Shown: one piece after another, positions 15,869 through 15,990 of the stretch
Layout: each line of letters starts with the position of its first letter
Position numbering within the stretch: position 1 is the stretch's first letter
From: Chlamydiales bacterium
GTDB lineage: Bacteria; Chlamydiota; Chlamydiia; Chlamydiales; JBDQID01
Reading direction: 5' to 3'
Assembly (NCBI GenBank): GCA_047611865.1
Contig: JBLFWS010000066.1
Span: 1 to 15,990, forward strand
Length of the DNA stretch: 15,990 bases
Program-made: the position numbers and the translations under genes
Notes under the pieces: model-generated
What the model was told of the DNA's origin: nothing
What the model saw: the letters and a program-made list of their open reading frames with translations, nothing else
The model's database searches: none

Positions 15869-15990
15869 GTGCGCTTGTGATGGTATACGATAAGAGAGGT
15901 GAGAGTCCTCTTCAAGAAATGTTGCAATCTTGCAGCTGAAAGTAACTGCGTCACCGTGAGGTGGGGTGGAGAGCAACTGGAAGCGGATAT
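15869..15990 (+). mobile_element. Group II intron, 5' end (partial domain I)
   Basis: Starts GTGCG (GUGYG consensus) at 15869. Then AAGAGAGGTGAGAGTCCTCTT stem with GGUGARAGUCC motif (15898-15908), and AGTAACTGCGT-CACC-GTGA-GGTG-GGGTGGAGAGCAACT, an Ic1-like stem with GNRA theta loop (15952-15963) and AGC epsilon'-like bulge. Confidence 0.85.

Noticed and set aside
15734..15976. 80-aa minus strand ORF
   Set aside because: Antisense to intron domain I and the repeats, with no coding signal.

Overview
Chromosomal segment that is very probably from an environmental member of the Chlamydiae. It carries the chlamydial-type peptidoglycan cluster murF-(insert)-mraY-murD-LysM/nlpD-ftsW-murG-murC/ddl fusion, with no murE, ftsQ, ftsA or ftsZ. 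The cluster is divergent from a tRNA-Cys(GCA)-rsmI operon that continues into two paralogous orphan TPR-like genes, one of them frameshifted. The left part holds yjbQ coupled to a SAM methyltransferase, a degraded ORF, an orphan ORF and a ~290-bp hairpin-rich non-coding element with IS200/IS605-like ends. Both window ends lie inside group II introns on the + strand: a 3' end (IEP stop, DV, DVI) at 1-152 and a 5' end (GUGCG, domain I) at 15869-15990. The right-hand intron is inserted 4 nt after a C-GAA-G hairpin that closes a tandem 92-bp palindromic REP-like repeat. The adjacent 3' part of murC-ddl shows a strong synonymous T-to-C shift relative to its 5' end. This repeat/intron/codon-shift locus is the most unusual signal. 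All calls come from reading the sequence and recognising motifs; no database searches were run.
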